Origin: Dimorphilus gyrociliatus
Lineage: Eukaryota > Animalia > Annelida
Assembly: GCA_904063045.1 (NCBI GenBank)
Contig: CAJFCJ010000005.1
Location: forward strand, 2,061,988-2,125,987
DNA length: 64,000 bases
Direction: 5' to 3'
The notes below the pieces were generated by a model that saw only the letters and a list, made by a program, of their open reading frames with translations, had not been told where the DNA came from and did no database searches. A program made the translations under genes and the position numbers. Positions within the stretch are counted from its first letter, which is position 1. Each line of letters starts with the position of its first letter. Shown here in pieces: positions 46,780 through 57,890 of this stretch.

Positions 46780-48879
46780 ATGGTATGTCAGTTATTTAAA
46801 CTACATATATGGCTACTAATTGGACTATTTACTTATGTTCTATCGAGTTGCCCTGCAGTGGATAAGAATTGCTTATGTAAAACCAAATATACTTATAACT
46901 TCTTTATAGAATGTTCAAATTTACATAAATACGATCAAGTGCCAGTGTTTCTGAATAATTCGAATAAGCTATACGAATCTGTGAATTTTTATAATTCTGA
47001 TATAAGAAATATACAGGATAACGCCTTCGTTAATATTACAACTAAGAATATTCACTTGGAGAATAATGAAGTTCGGCAAGTTGATGAAAGAGCCTTTTAT
47101 GGAATGGAAGACCTTAGTTACATAAACTTGGGTGAAAATCATCTTCACACTGTACCAAATGGCTTATTTCACGGATTAGAGAATTTAGAAAATATTGGTT
47201 TGAATGGGAATAAATTAAAGAATCTATCAGATAGTTTATTCAGCAATTTGCGTAAATTAACTTTTCTCTATCTATTTAATAATGAAATAAGAGAAATTCG
47301 AGAATCTACATTTGCAAATTTAACGAATCTAAAAGTTTTGGATATAAAACATAATTTCCTATCTGAAATTGATCGAAATAGTTTTAAGGATCTAATAAAC
47401 TTGGAACGCCTCGCTCTGCAGGGAAATTCTATAAGGATCATTCATGACAATATGTTCTTGAATAATGCTAAATTGAAAGACATATATTTAGATTATAACT
47501 TATTAGAAAATATCAGTTCTGATGGCCTTAAAGGTCTGGAATCTATACAAGGACTTTCCCTATCACACAATTTAATTGAATTCTTACCGACACGAGTCTT
47601 TTCAACTCTTCAAAATATCACTCAAATAGATTTATCCCATAATAAACTAAGGGAAATTGACGACAGTACATTTTATGATTTAAGAAAGTTAACCAAATTA
47701 GAATTGAATGATAATTATCTTAGACAACTTCCCAACGCCTTTATCTCCATGACGAATATACAATATCTAAATTTGGCAAATAACCACCTGACTGCTCTTC
47801 AAAATTGGAAATTTTATTTAAGGAACTTTAAGCCAACTTTAAAACAGCTTATACTTAAGAATAATTCTATTGATACCGTTGATAATCGGTTAGGAGCATA
47901 TTTCCTGTCAGAATTAACTACTTTGGATTTATCCTATAATCAAATTGAACGTTTTGATATTAGATTTTTCTCAAATATGACCAAGCTAAAGATTTTACAC
48001 CTAAATAACAACAGACTGCAGCATGTTTTCAAAGAATATTTCATTCATTTACAAAGTTTGGAAGATTTATATCTTAACGATAATCAAATACACTATATTC
48101 AAGATTACACCTTTTCTAAAGCTCCAAGACATTATTTAAATCTAAATAACAATCAAGTTGGTGTGATACACGGTCTTTTATTCGCTGGTAATACTAAACT
48201 TTCAACTCTAAATTTGAAAAATTGTTATATTGGCGGTATAAATTCTTATGCATTTAAAACATTAACAAATCTACGATATCTAAGGTTGAACTATGGAGAT
48301 CTATCGGCTCTAAAGGATGATCTTTTCTCAAAGAATTCTAAATTAAAATGGCTTTATTTGAATCAGAATAGATTAAAAAAGATAACAAGAGGAACGTTTT
48401 TTAAAGCTAGAAGTTTGGAAGTATTACATCTAGAGAATAATATTATATCTAGTATTGAAAATTCTAGTTTTTTTGACTTAAAAAGGCTGCAAATATTAAA
48501 ATTGAATAATAATAATTTGTACGCTCCAATCGACGAAAATCTATCTTCTGATCAACCAGGAACGAAACCGCCTTCTCCTAAAATAACAGCAAAAACCTTT
48601 GAAGGATTGAGTAATCTAGAAGAGCTAGATATATCTAACAATAAACTATCAGGCTTTCACGAATCATACGTGACAAGACTAAAGAAGTTAGCTTATCTAA
48701 ATCTTGACTTTAATCCTATGTTCTGTTCATGCCAAATGAATTGGTTAATTAAAAAAGACATTTCGGTGGATTGGGAAAATATGTTTTGCAAATTACCATT
48801 AGCCTACGCTGGTAATAAAACAGCGTGTTTTCTAGAAGAACAGTGCAGGTTATCAATAAAAAAGGACTTTGACTGTTAA
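46780..48879 (+). CDS. Secreted leucine-rich-repeat protein (signal peptide, LRRNT, >20 LRRs, LRRCT), single exon
   Basis: Hydrophobic N-terminus, CPAVDKNCLC cap, repeated LxxLxLxxNxL, NPMFCSC cap. No TM segment before the stop. Confidence 0.9.
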   Translation: MVCQLFKLHIWLLIGLFTYVLSSCPAVDKNCLCKTKYTYNFFIECSNLHKYDQVPVFLNNSNKLYESVNFYNSDIRNIQDNAFVNITTKNIHLENNEVRQVDERAFYGMEDLSYINLGENHLHTVPNGLFHGLENLENIGLNGNKLKNLSDSLFSNLRKLTFLYLFNNEIREIRESTFANLTNLKVLDIKHNFLSEIDRNSFKDLINLERLALQGNSIRIIHDNMFLNNAKLKDIYLDYNLLENISSDGLKGLESIQGLSLSHNLIEFLPTRVFSTLQNITQIDLSHNKLREIDDSTFYDLRKLTKLELNDNYLRQLPNAFISMTNIQYLNLANNHLTALQNWKFYLRNFKPTLKQLILKNNSIDTVDNRLGAYFLSELTTLDLSYNQIERFDIRFFSNMTKLKILHLNNNRLQHVFKEYFIHLQSLEDLYLNDNQIHYIQDYTFSKAPRHYLNLNNNQVGVIHGLLFAGNTKLSTLNLKNCYIGGINSYAFKTLTNLRYLRLNYGDLSALKDDLFSKNSKLKWLYLNQNRLKKITRGTFFKARSLEVLHLENNIISSIENSSFFDLKRLQILKLNNNNLYAPIDENLSSDQPGTKPPSPKITAKTFEGLSNLEELDISNNKLSGFHESYVTRLKKLAYLNLDFNPMFCSCQMNWLIKKDISVDWENMFCKLPLAYAGNKTACFLEEQCRLSIKKDFDC

Positions 48880-49236
48880 AATTTTTTATAAGAACGTTAA
48901 TTTTTGTTTATATGTTACTTTTTACTCTTTTTCTTTATTGTTTATTTTGAAATGTTATTAAATAACAGTTCAACGAAAAAAAGCCTTTTTAAGCCGACTG
49001 TTTAGACTAGGAATACAATTTCTGTCTATTCTACATCATATTTTCATTGAATAAGGATTAAGAGAAAAATGAATTGTATATTTGTATATTTATACAATAA
49101 TATAAATCTTTATATACAGCATATGTAAATAAGTTAACTATTTATTTTACTAGCAAAACGAAAAGATTGACACTAAATAGAAAATCCATTCGCTTCTCTA
49201 ATTCCATTCTTCTTAATCTTTTCCAGTTTCATTTTC

Positions 49237-49383
49237 TTAACCAACCTCAGCCATTCCGTAACTTTTTCCAGCCGTGCTTTGCTGTGCAAAATTGGAAATC
49301 GTCAGTTTCTCCTGTCCACAAGATATTGGTGCAACAACGATAGTTCTTGATTTAACAGCAGGTTTAGAAGATGTTAGTCCCAT
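49237..49383 (-). CDS. Small unrecognised ORF (48 aa) starting MGLTSSK
   Basis: ATG in AAAATGG context, locally higher GC than the flanks, classical myristoylation N-terminus. No homolog recognised. Confidence 0.3.
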   Translation of the reverse strand: MGLTSSKPAVKSRTIVVAPISCGQEKLTISNFAQQSTAGKSYGMAEVG

Positions 49384-50200
49384 TTTTACTTTATGGTTTA
49401 ACTAATTCAGCAAGGTATACAACTCCAAAATGGTCATTAATATCTCTCTTATATAATGATTTTCCCTATTAGTTGATTATGTAGTAATTTAAGAAGGTAA
49501 TTCAATATAAAATCGATTGTAAATATACCACAAAACAAAAAGTATTTATTATATTGTTGTGATTTACGAATATAAATATTGTTAAATCAATTCCAATACC
49601 CTTTAGGTATAACCTAATTTGACCGAACCGTAAATGCATAATTTTTCCATACGAAGCAGAAGACTACAACGTGAAATTTGTGAAAAAAGATTCAATATAT
49701 TCACCACATATATTGTATATTAGTCTATATATATATAAAGATATTGAGATTGTATTATTTATATCCTAAGTGTACCGATTTCCAATAAATTATAATTATT
49801 ACCATTATTTTTAGACATTTAAAAGGCAGAGACGGATGGGAAAGGGGATTTTACGAGGACAATAAATCAGAAGTTTATTACGTTTGCGTTAATATTTAGT
49901 ATTCTATTCTTTCTTTTACTTTAGTAGTTGCTTTCTCGACTTTATTCCTCCTCTTGATTTATTATTTGAGAAGAACTTCTTACAATGCCAACATTTTTAA
50001 GAATATTTTTAAAATTGAACCTGCAAATTTCAACATTCTTAATTTAGAAAGCTAGAAATATTCTAGTACAAAGTTGACAAGAATGAGAACGAAAGTAAGC
50101 TTAATCATGCGCTATTTTTATTTCAACTTTGTCTATTTATAGAAAAAATTTTATATTATTGGTATTTATTCAAATTAAGAATTCAATTGTTTATTTATAA

Positions 50201-50203
<3 letters not shown>

Positions 50204-50238
<35 letters not shown>

Positions 50239-50260
50239 TATACATATATATATATATATA
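50204..50260. repeat. Interrupted (AT)n microsatellite
   Basis: Directly visible. Confidence 0.9.
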
Positions 50261-50446
50261 TTTGTTTTTTGATTTTTACAAGTTAATTTTTTAAATATTC
50301 AAAATAGAAAAAAAGATTACAAATTTTCAACAAAAAAAAATTCAACTAATTTATTTATTTAATATTATTTTTTGTTTATAGAATAAAAAACATATTTGTT
50401 TATTTTAATATAATTATTAATTTTTTTGTTAATTCTTGATCTCTCA

Positions 50447-53400
50447 TCAGCACTTATCGTTCTAAAAAGAAAAAGAATAGGGAAAATAATTCCATTGCTT
50501 AAGAAAATCTCATATATACTCTAAACATAACTTATATATTGGTACATATATATTAGTAATTTGTATATATATATATATGTACCAGTATATTATTTATTTC
50601 TTTTTCAACATACCTGAGTTTCTTTGAAATAGGTTGGTTTTCCACCTTGTAAGATGACTGCAAGTGGATGAATACCTTCCTTTTTGTTTGGATGCCTTTC
50701 TCGCACGTGTTTGTGACCCTCTCCGCTCAGATAGAATGCTAGATGGCAGTAATCGCAACCAAATCTCTTGAAACCGTGTCGTAAATAATGAATTTTCATC
50801 TTGGGCCATATTGCTGTTTCATGGGGGCATTTTAAACATTGAAATATTCCGGCAGTTCGCCTATTAGCGAATAGTTCCCTAGGAACAGTTGTTCCATCAA
50901 CATTCATGGAGTATTCAAAAGTTGAAGTTTCTTGAGATTCACCCCCCTCAGCTGACTTTTTTACATTTGCCTGGTCCATTAATTCGTTTAGCGTATCCTC
51001 CTTCTCTTTATCTTTAAATTTTAAAACCTTCACTGAACAATCGGCGTGAAGTTTCTCACTATGCTTTTTCATCTCAGTCACAGTACAACCGGTAAATCCA
51101 CATTCAGCGCATTTATAAGGCGTATATCTCATTTCTTTGTCCATTAAATGTAACAACATAGCTTGTTTCGAAGTAGTTTTAAAGTCGTCGCACATTGGAC
51201 AAACAAAATTAATAGCATCAAAAACTAAAGTTGTTGGCGATCGAAAATTAGACGGATTCTGTTTAGATTCGACTAGAGGTTTTTCTTTTGCAGGAACCAC
51301 TTCTGAGTCATCTTCACTACCATGTTCGTTTTTAACATTATCTTCACCCTCTGCACCCAGTTTCTCGTAGTATTTAACGATTTCATTTTCCATTTTTTGA
51401 TCTCTTTCCTTTATAGGCTCCCCTTCAAATGAATGAATCGATCTCATATGTTTTTTCATAGGGTAATTTCTTGTTGTTTCATACTTGCAAAGAGCGCATT
51501 TGTATGGTTTGTATTGTAAATGTGACATGACGTGGTGTCTTATTGAATGCCACATGACAACCTTAGAGCAGATTTTACATCTACCTTTCTCTTCCTGTCC
51601 AGGAGATGTGCTACAAGTTGCCTTTGGGCTATCTTCAGTTTCATCTTCCTCTTCCTCAGCTACTTCTTCTTTAACAATTGGTTTCAAAAGAGAGCCATGC
51701 TCAGAACTATTGTGTTCCCTAAACTCTTCAGTTGTGGAGAACGTAGCTGTACAATAATTACACTTTATTGGCGATTTAGATGCTGATCGCTTCGATGCTA
51801 TTATGGGTCCGTTGTATCCTTCGATAGGACCGTAATATAAGCATAATGTTCCATCATCCAATTTCTTTTCTTTTACAACTTGCACGTAGCTATTCATCAC
51901 GTGCGAGTTGTCTCGGACAGTATGAGACACGCTTCCATGCTCTCTTTCAATATGAGCGGATACCGCTTTCGTTGTTCGACTCCCATAATCGCAATAAGTG
52001 CATTTAAACTGATATTTACCCATATGTTTATGATATACGTGCACTCTCAGGTCGCTAGCTGACCATTTACTAGATAAGTCGCAAAATATACAACAATGTA
52101 ATCTGTGTACTCCGGACGAGCTATCTTTAGAAGGAGTTGTAGTTGAACTGGGTGTCTGATTGGTAGTTGCTATTGGTTGAGCTGTAGATGATTTCTCTGT
52201 TTTCAATTGTCCTTGAGGAAATACTGACATTTCAAATTCATCTGGCTTAATTGTACACCGTATTAGCCGTTTTGGTACAGCTCCGTGTGTCTTAAAAGCG
52301 TGCTCGCAACCAGCTTGCATGTCAACAAACTTTTGGGAACAATAAGCACACTTAACAGGTCTAATAGAAGTATGCTGCCCAAGTACATGTCTCCTTAAAG
52401 CTCTAGGCGTTGACATTTTTGATCCACATAGAGAGCATTGCCAACCTTCTGTTCCTTCTGCGAAACGTAATATCTTTCTTGATAGAGCATCTCTAAGAAA
52501 AGGTTCGTCGATATCTTTAGATTTTACAGAATCAGGTTTTTTCATTCTGTACGATAGATTGCGCTCAGTATCACCAGGAGCAATCCTAGTTAACTTTAGG
52601 TCTTGGTGACGATGAGTTCGACGAGTGTGGTGCCGTATATTCCTAGCAGAATAATCGTTTTTATCACAATAATTGCATGAGTAGATCTTCTCCTCTAAAT
52701 GATCTTTTGCCACATGTTCGATTAAATCTAACCGATCCGCTTCTTCTAAACCGCAATCTTTACATTTATATTGAATTTGTTTGCTATCATCTTCTTCCAT
52801 TAATTGTTCAATTAGTGGATCGTTTTCTTCGTTTTCATCACAGCTGGTTTCCTCATAATCGTCAGATTCTAAATCGTCACTGGAATTTTCCTCATCTTCT
52901 ACAGATATTTCCGGTGGTGGTTCAGATTGTTCGTCCCAATCGATTTGTCTTAATTTTTTTTTGTCTTTTTGTAGAGAAGACATTGAACTAGAGCTATTAT
53001 TTACCGACGGATGTAAAACATGGTCGTTTATATGTTGAATTACATCCGCTCTTGTTTTCGATGTAAAATCGCAAAAAGGGCAAGAAACGGGCTTGTCAAA
53101 TATAAAAGTTAACGGTAAATCGGCAACAAATCGACCAGCTGTAGCGTTCATATCTTCAGATGATTGCGCAGCTGAATTTGTTTGTTTTTCATTAGTATCA
53201 TCGCTGCTCTCTTCCGTTTCTCTGGCACTATCAATAATGATATCGCAAAGGTAATTGGGATATCCGGGATGGCAGTCAAGCATATGCTGGGATAAGGCAG
53301 CAGGTTGATTATCTTTAAAACTGCGACAAAAACGACAAGAATATAACAGTACATTTCTTTTGTGTTCTCTTTCGATATGACGTCTGACATTTCTTAAAAG

Positions 53401-56400
53401 CTGAGTTTCAAAGGTACAGAGGGGACAATGTAAAGATAAGCTCTTTTCATTCGTTTTAACTTCTTCAGTATGACATTCTTCGTCTATTGCCTCTTCTACT
53501 AGCTTCAATTCTTCTTTATCATCGAATTCTTTTCCATCCATAACGCAAATATCTTGAGGTATTAAACCAAAAGTTCTTTTTAAGTGCTTTACTTCGTGGT
53601 GTTCCTTAATAGCCGATGGCAACATAGCCCTATAGGGGCAATTGGCGCACTTAAATATTCGAACTTCATATGTTTTACCAGAATCTTTCATTTCTCTCAA
53701 AAGATGCATAGTGAAGTTTCCCAGATGAGACGAGGAAAATTCACAAAATTGACAAGCTAGTTGACCCAAACGACCTTTAAATGCATCGTTTACTGGTCCC
53801 TGATTCCAAGAAGATCTCTTTGAGTAAGTTATAACACGAACTCGCTTATTAAACAACAATGAAACAGAAGCATCAGTCTTATTTAGAGGAGATAGGCTTA
53901 CATCAACAGGTTCCATCTGCAGTAATTTACGATTCGAACCCCCAGCATTTTTGTCATTAGATTGTGAAAATTTAGTTTTAATTTTGGATCCAGCACAAAA
54001 CTCTTTTGTGTAAGTTTCGAAGCTGGCAACGTCATGCACTTTCCTTATATGCCTTAACAAATTAGAAAAATAACCCCCACAAAACGGACAAAAGAAGTCC
54101 TTAGGATCGATTGTTTCTTCTAAAACATCGTAGGCAGGACTTTTAAGAGGATGAGAATTTAGCATGTGTTCTTCAATGATTGTTTCCACATTTGAACTAA
54201 TTGTACAGTATCGACATCTATAAACTGTTATACTAGAACCATGTTCTGAATGATGAAAAAGATGGCATTTAAGAAAGGACGCCTGTTCGACGCTAAATGG
54301 ACAATGGTCACATTGGAATCTCTTCTTTTCGTCTCTCTCTTTTTTATGCCAACGCAAATGCTCTTGGATTTTTGTTTTATCTGAATGAGAGAAGCCACAT
54401 AGATTACATGGCTTACCTAATCTACGATTTGGATGATGTTTATCGCAGTGTTTAATTGCTTCCGACAACTGACCAAATGTAGAGCCGCATAAACCGCAAT
54501 CAACCTTAGTTTTACTTCCAGCCTTTGACACTTTAATGCGAAACTTTCCTCCTTTTCCCTCTGTTCCATTTTCTGGTGCATATGGTGTATCATCGGGATC
54601 GATACCTTCAGCTAATTCATCTTCCGAAAAAGTGGCAACCGACCTCTCAGATGGATCTATACTGTCGGGCATATCTTCCATATCCTCAAACTCTTCGCTG
54701 GAATCTCGTTCGTGTATGTTAACGCACAATAATTCCCCACTGACTAAAGCTTCTTGTTTCTCAATATTGGGGTGAAATTGGTCGTAATGATCTTTCATTT
54801 GGACGTATTTAGGGCAATCATAACTGCAGTGCGGACAGTCCAACTTGTAGGCTATTCCATCTGAAACGTGCTTAATAAAATCTTTATAGTTGTAAAACTC
54901 TCCTGTGCAAAGTTCACAATCGAAGCATCTTGTTGTATGATGCCTCACAGCCAGGTGAGATGCGAAATCTTGCAGTTGGTGAGCAAAATAGGAGCAATTG
55001 GTTACACTACACTTAAATAAAGCGAATTGTAGTTTATTTTCGTGCCTTCTCATATGTAACTCTAATTCTTCTGGTCTGTAAACCGCATCGTCTGAGCAGT
55101 AGAAGCAGGGCATTTTTTGGACCTTTCTATGAGAGCTCAGATGTCGTCTCAATTCTGGAAATGTTCGGAAACCGTGAAAACAACCATCGAATCCACAAGC
55201 GTAAAATCCATCTCTTGAATTATGACCATACGAATTATTGGAACCGGGACTATTCCATTCTGAAAGACTTCTTATGGCATCGCTAGATAAATTATTTAGA
55301 CGATTATCTACAAACTCGTGTGAAACTATATGTTCGTAGATAGCATCTTTTTCTCCTATGTTCATCCTAAAAGGACATTTACTGCATATAAAGGTTTCTA
55401 ATTTACTCAATTTGGAAGGTGGATCTTGGTATTCGTCTTCCAAATCATCCATTGGAAGGTCATCCGCTAATTGTTTTTCCAATTTTTTTAAAGCATTTAC
55501 AGGCTCATCTTCGCTGTCGTAAAACGGTTCCATTTTGATTTTCATTGCTAAACTTGAAAATCCTGAGTCATAAATCGGTTCCGGTAACGTTGCTTCTAAA
55601 TTTCTTTTCATAGGCAGCCTTCTAACTGATTTCCGACTGTGAATCCTATTAGTCGAGCAGCTTTCCTGATTGTTACTAGTCGATTTTCCCGTATTAGACG
55701 CTTTGGCTTTTAAACTTTCAACTATATTTGCTAACTTCGATTCGACGCCGTCTAACAGCTCTTTTGCCTTTTTCTCTACTTTAAGTATATAATGTACTAA
55801 AGGTGTTTCTGACGAAGTTGTTTGGGTCGAATTCGATGCTGTGTGAGAGGCTATTACGTTCGTTGGAGAGTCCTTCATTGTCAGTTGCAAATATTTTATT
55901 AAGGGAGTAATTGAGTGACATTTGTTCATAAGAGCAACAGTATTCTCAGACGTACATCCTTGACATACAACTGCGTTAAAATCACCTACAACCGTATGTA
56001 AATTTCGAAAACAATGAAAGGATGCTCTATTTCTGCAGTTGGTCTGAAAATCACACGTGCGACAGATGAATAAACCATCAACTACAGAGAATTGTAGAAC
56101 GTATCTATTCGAAATCTCTCTTGCTAATGGAGTTTGGCCTTTGTCTTTTACATTCACTGTCTTAATTAACGGATGCAAGTCGTCTTGAAACAATAAATTT
56201 ACTTGATCTGCTGCCCTAGGTCCTAAGGTCATTAATATTCCTTCAGTAAAGAACGTTTGCTTAACATGAGTATCGATATGGGCTGAAAAGTCTTTTCTCT
56301 CCCAAAGTTTTATATCACATTCGTGACATATATACAAACCAGCATTGTATTCTAGGAAAAAATCAGCCTTTTCGCTTGTTTCCTCAGGCGTGTCTTCTTC

Positions 56401-56442
56401 CATTTTTATTTCCTCTGTAGAAATCGCCTTAAAAGTCATAAC
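50447..56442 (-). CDS. Very large multi-C2H2 zinc-finger protein (scattered finger pairs). Exon 56442-50614 plus a 15-nt last exon 50461-50447
   Basis: 1944-aa ORF with dozens of CxxC-x12-H-x3-5-H units (e.g. YKPYKCALCKYETTRNYPMKKHMRSIH) and acidic linkers. Donor CAG|GTATGT near the end. Confidence 0.9.
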
Positions 56443-56980
56443 CTACGTTTGAAACAATAACAAATTCGTTAAAGTTATCGACTGTCATAATATAATACAA
56501 TTATAAACTATATAGTAAACATTAATTAAGTACTAATTGTACCTTGTCTATTAATAGACTATGTTTTTTGTCGAATTTTGTAGTAGTTGTTCTATACAGT
56601 ATAATAATAAAAATCCCAAATAGGGCTCAAAATAAATTCATTGAACAAAAAATTCTTTTTTTAGATTGCAATCTAATTAAAAGTCTAATTGATTATCTAT
56701 ATCATAATTATAACACAAATTAACTTGGGAAAACTTTATCAACGGTCTCTGGAGACTTAATTCCCCATTGATAACTGTTGGAACATGGCTATTAAACAAT
56801 ATAATCCGCCGAACAAATATATCAAATACATGTTTGATTGTTGGTGAGTATTTGACGGACTTTTAAAAAAAGAAGAGAGTCGAAAAGTCGTAAGATGAAC
56901 ATTGCATCTTGAAGCAGTTTGTGCTAAACAGCGCTAAGTTCTAAAATCGATTCTTACAACTTAGACTTCTTCGACCTGTC

Positions 56981-57331
56981 CTAAGCAGCCACCGAGCGCA
57001 ATGGCAGCCTCTGACCTACTTTGATAGAATACTTTCGAAGACAATATAGGCCTACCTTTCTGGATCGTTTCAGAACATTCTCGTCGAAGGAGAAAAGAGT
57101 CGGAACAGCTTCTTCGCGCAACTTCCTCTTGTTCATACCTTCCCAGCACCATTCTTCGAAGTGTTTCGAACATAATCGAGTGTGTTGTGTTAGCTTAAAA
57201 ACTCGGCGAATATTTTTCATCCATTCCTTCAAGATTTTTGGATCTTTGGGAAACTTGTGGAAGCTCACTCGACGTTCTGGATCCACTCTATCTGAACGAT
57301 TTGAACAGCCCGGCGCTGCACATAGCACCAT
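56981..57331 (-). CDS. THAP-domain exon/ORF (C2CH zinc-coordinating DNA-binding domain)
   Basis: MVLCAAPGC...SFHKFPKD...EWMKNI...LCSKHF...AVPTLF. Donor AAG|GTAGGC after 57056. Confidence 0.9.
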   Translation of the reverse strand: MVLCAAPGCSNRSDRVDPERRVSFHKFPKDPKILKEWMKNIRRVFKLTQHTRLCSKHFEEWCWEGMNKRKLREEAVPTLFSFDENVLKRSRKVGLYCLRKYSIKVGQRLPLRSVAA

Positions 57332-57407
57332 TTTCGTTCCAGCCCTTCCTACTTCGTCCGATAATCGATAGTGCTGTGCGCCGGAATAGAACTAGTCGAG
57401 GCGATCA

Positions 57408-57420
57408 GCGCGCATGCGCA
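57408..57420. promoter_or_regulatory. NRF1/EWG-type palindrome ~80 nt upstream of the THAP ATG
   Basis: GCGCGCATGCGCA. Confidence 0.55.
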
Positions 57421-57590
57421 AAGTATGTCATTTCCTGTCCGTCTTCCGTCCACTTGCCTTTTACATTGCGTTTTCATGAAATCTTTATTTTCTGAAGTGT
57501 CGATATGAGCTAAAACTTTCACAGACAGTTTAAGAGTGCAGCTATCATTAATAGAACGACAGTCATCTAATCCATAGTGACATATCTGAC

Positions 57591-57605
57591 ACAGCAGGTG
57601 TCGCT
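57591..57605 (+). promoter_or_regulatory. CTCF-like motif between the THAP promoter and the ATAD5 3' end
   Basis: ACAGCAGGTGTCGCT. Confidence 0.5.
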
Positions 57606-57890
57606 TTTTCGGAGTAGTAAGTCCCTGACAAGGGCCTATCTTGATATATTTAAGATGTTATTAAAGAAATCGCACTATTATAAACAGAACAATATTAAGA
57701 GGAATATATAATATATATAAATATATATCCTCTATAAAGAATGTATTTTAAAAGATTTAGTTTAACTAATTCTCACCACTACTAAAAGTAGTGATCTTCA
57801 ATAAATAAAAATGCAATATTGGTATATATTTTCATAATATATCAAATAAAAAAATATATCGAAGTATTTATAAAATATATCTGTTAAATT

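Noticed and set aside
50040-50110. Signal-peptide-like MIKLTFVLILVNFCTRIFLAF on the minus strand
   Set aside because: Stops after 21 codons, and I found no donor linking it to a downstream exon.
56805-56845. miR-190-like sequence (TTTGATATATTTG, minus strand)
   Set aside because: The seed region does not match and no full pre-miRNA hairpin is evident.
56981-57331. P-element-like transposon
   Set aside because: Only the THAP domain is present, with no transposase catalytic domain and no terminal inverted repeats or target duplication seen.
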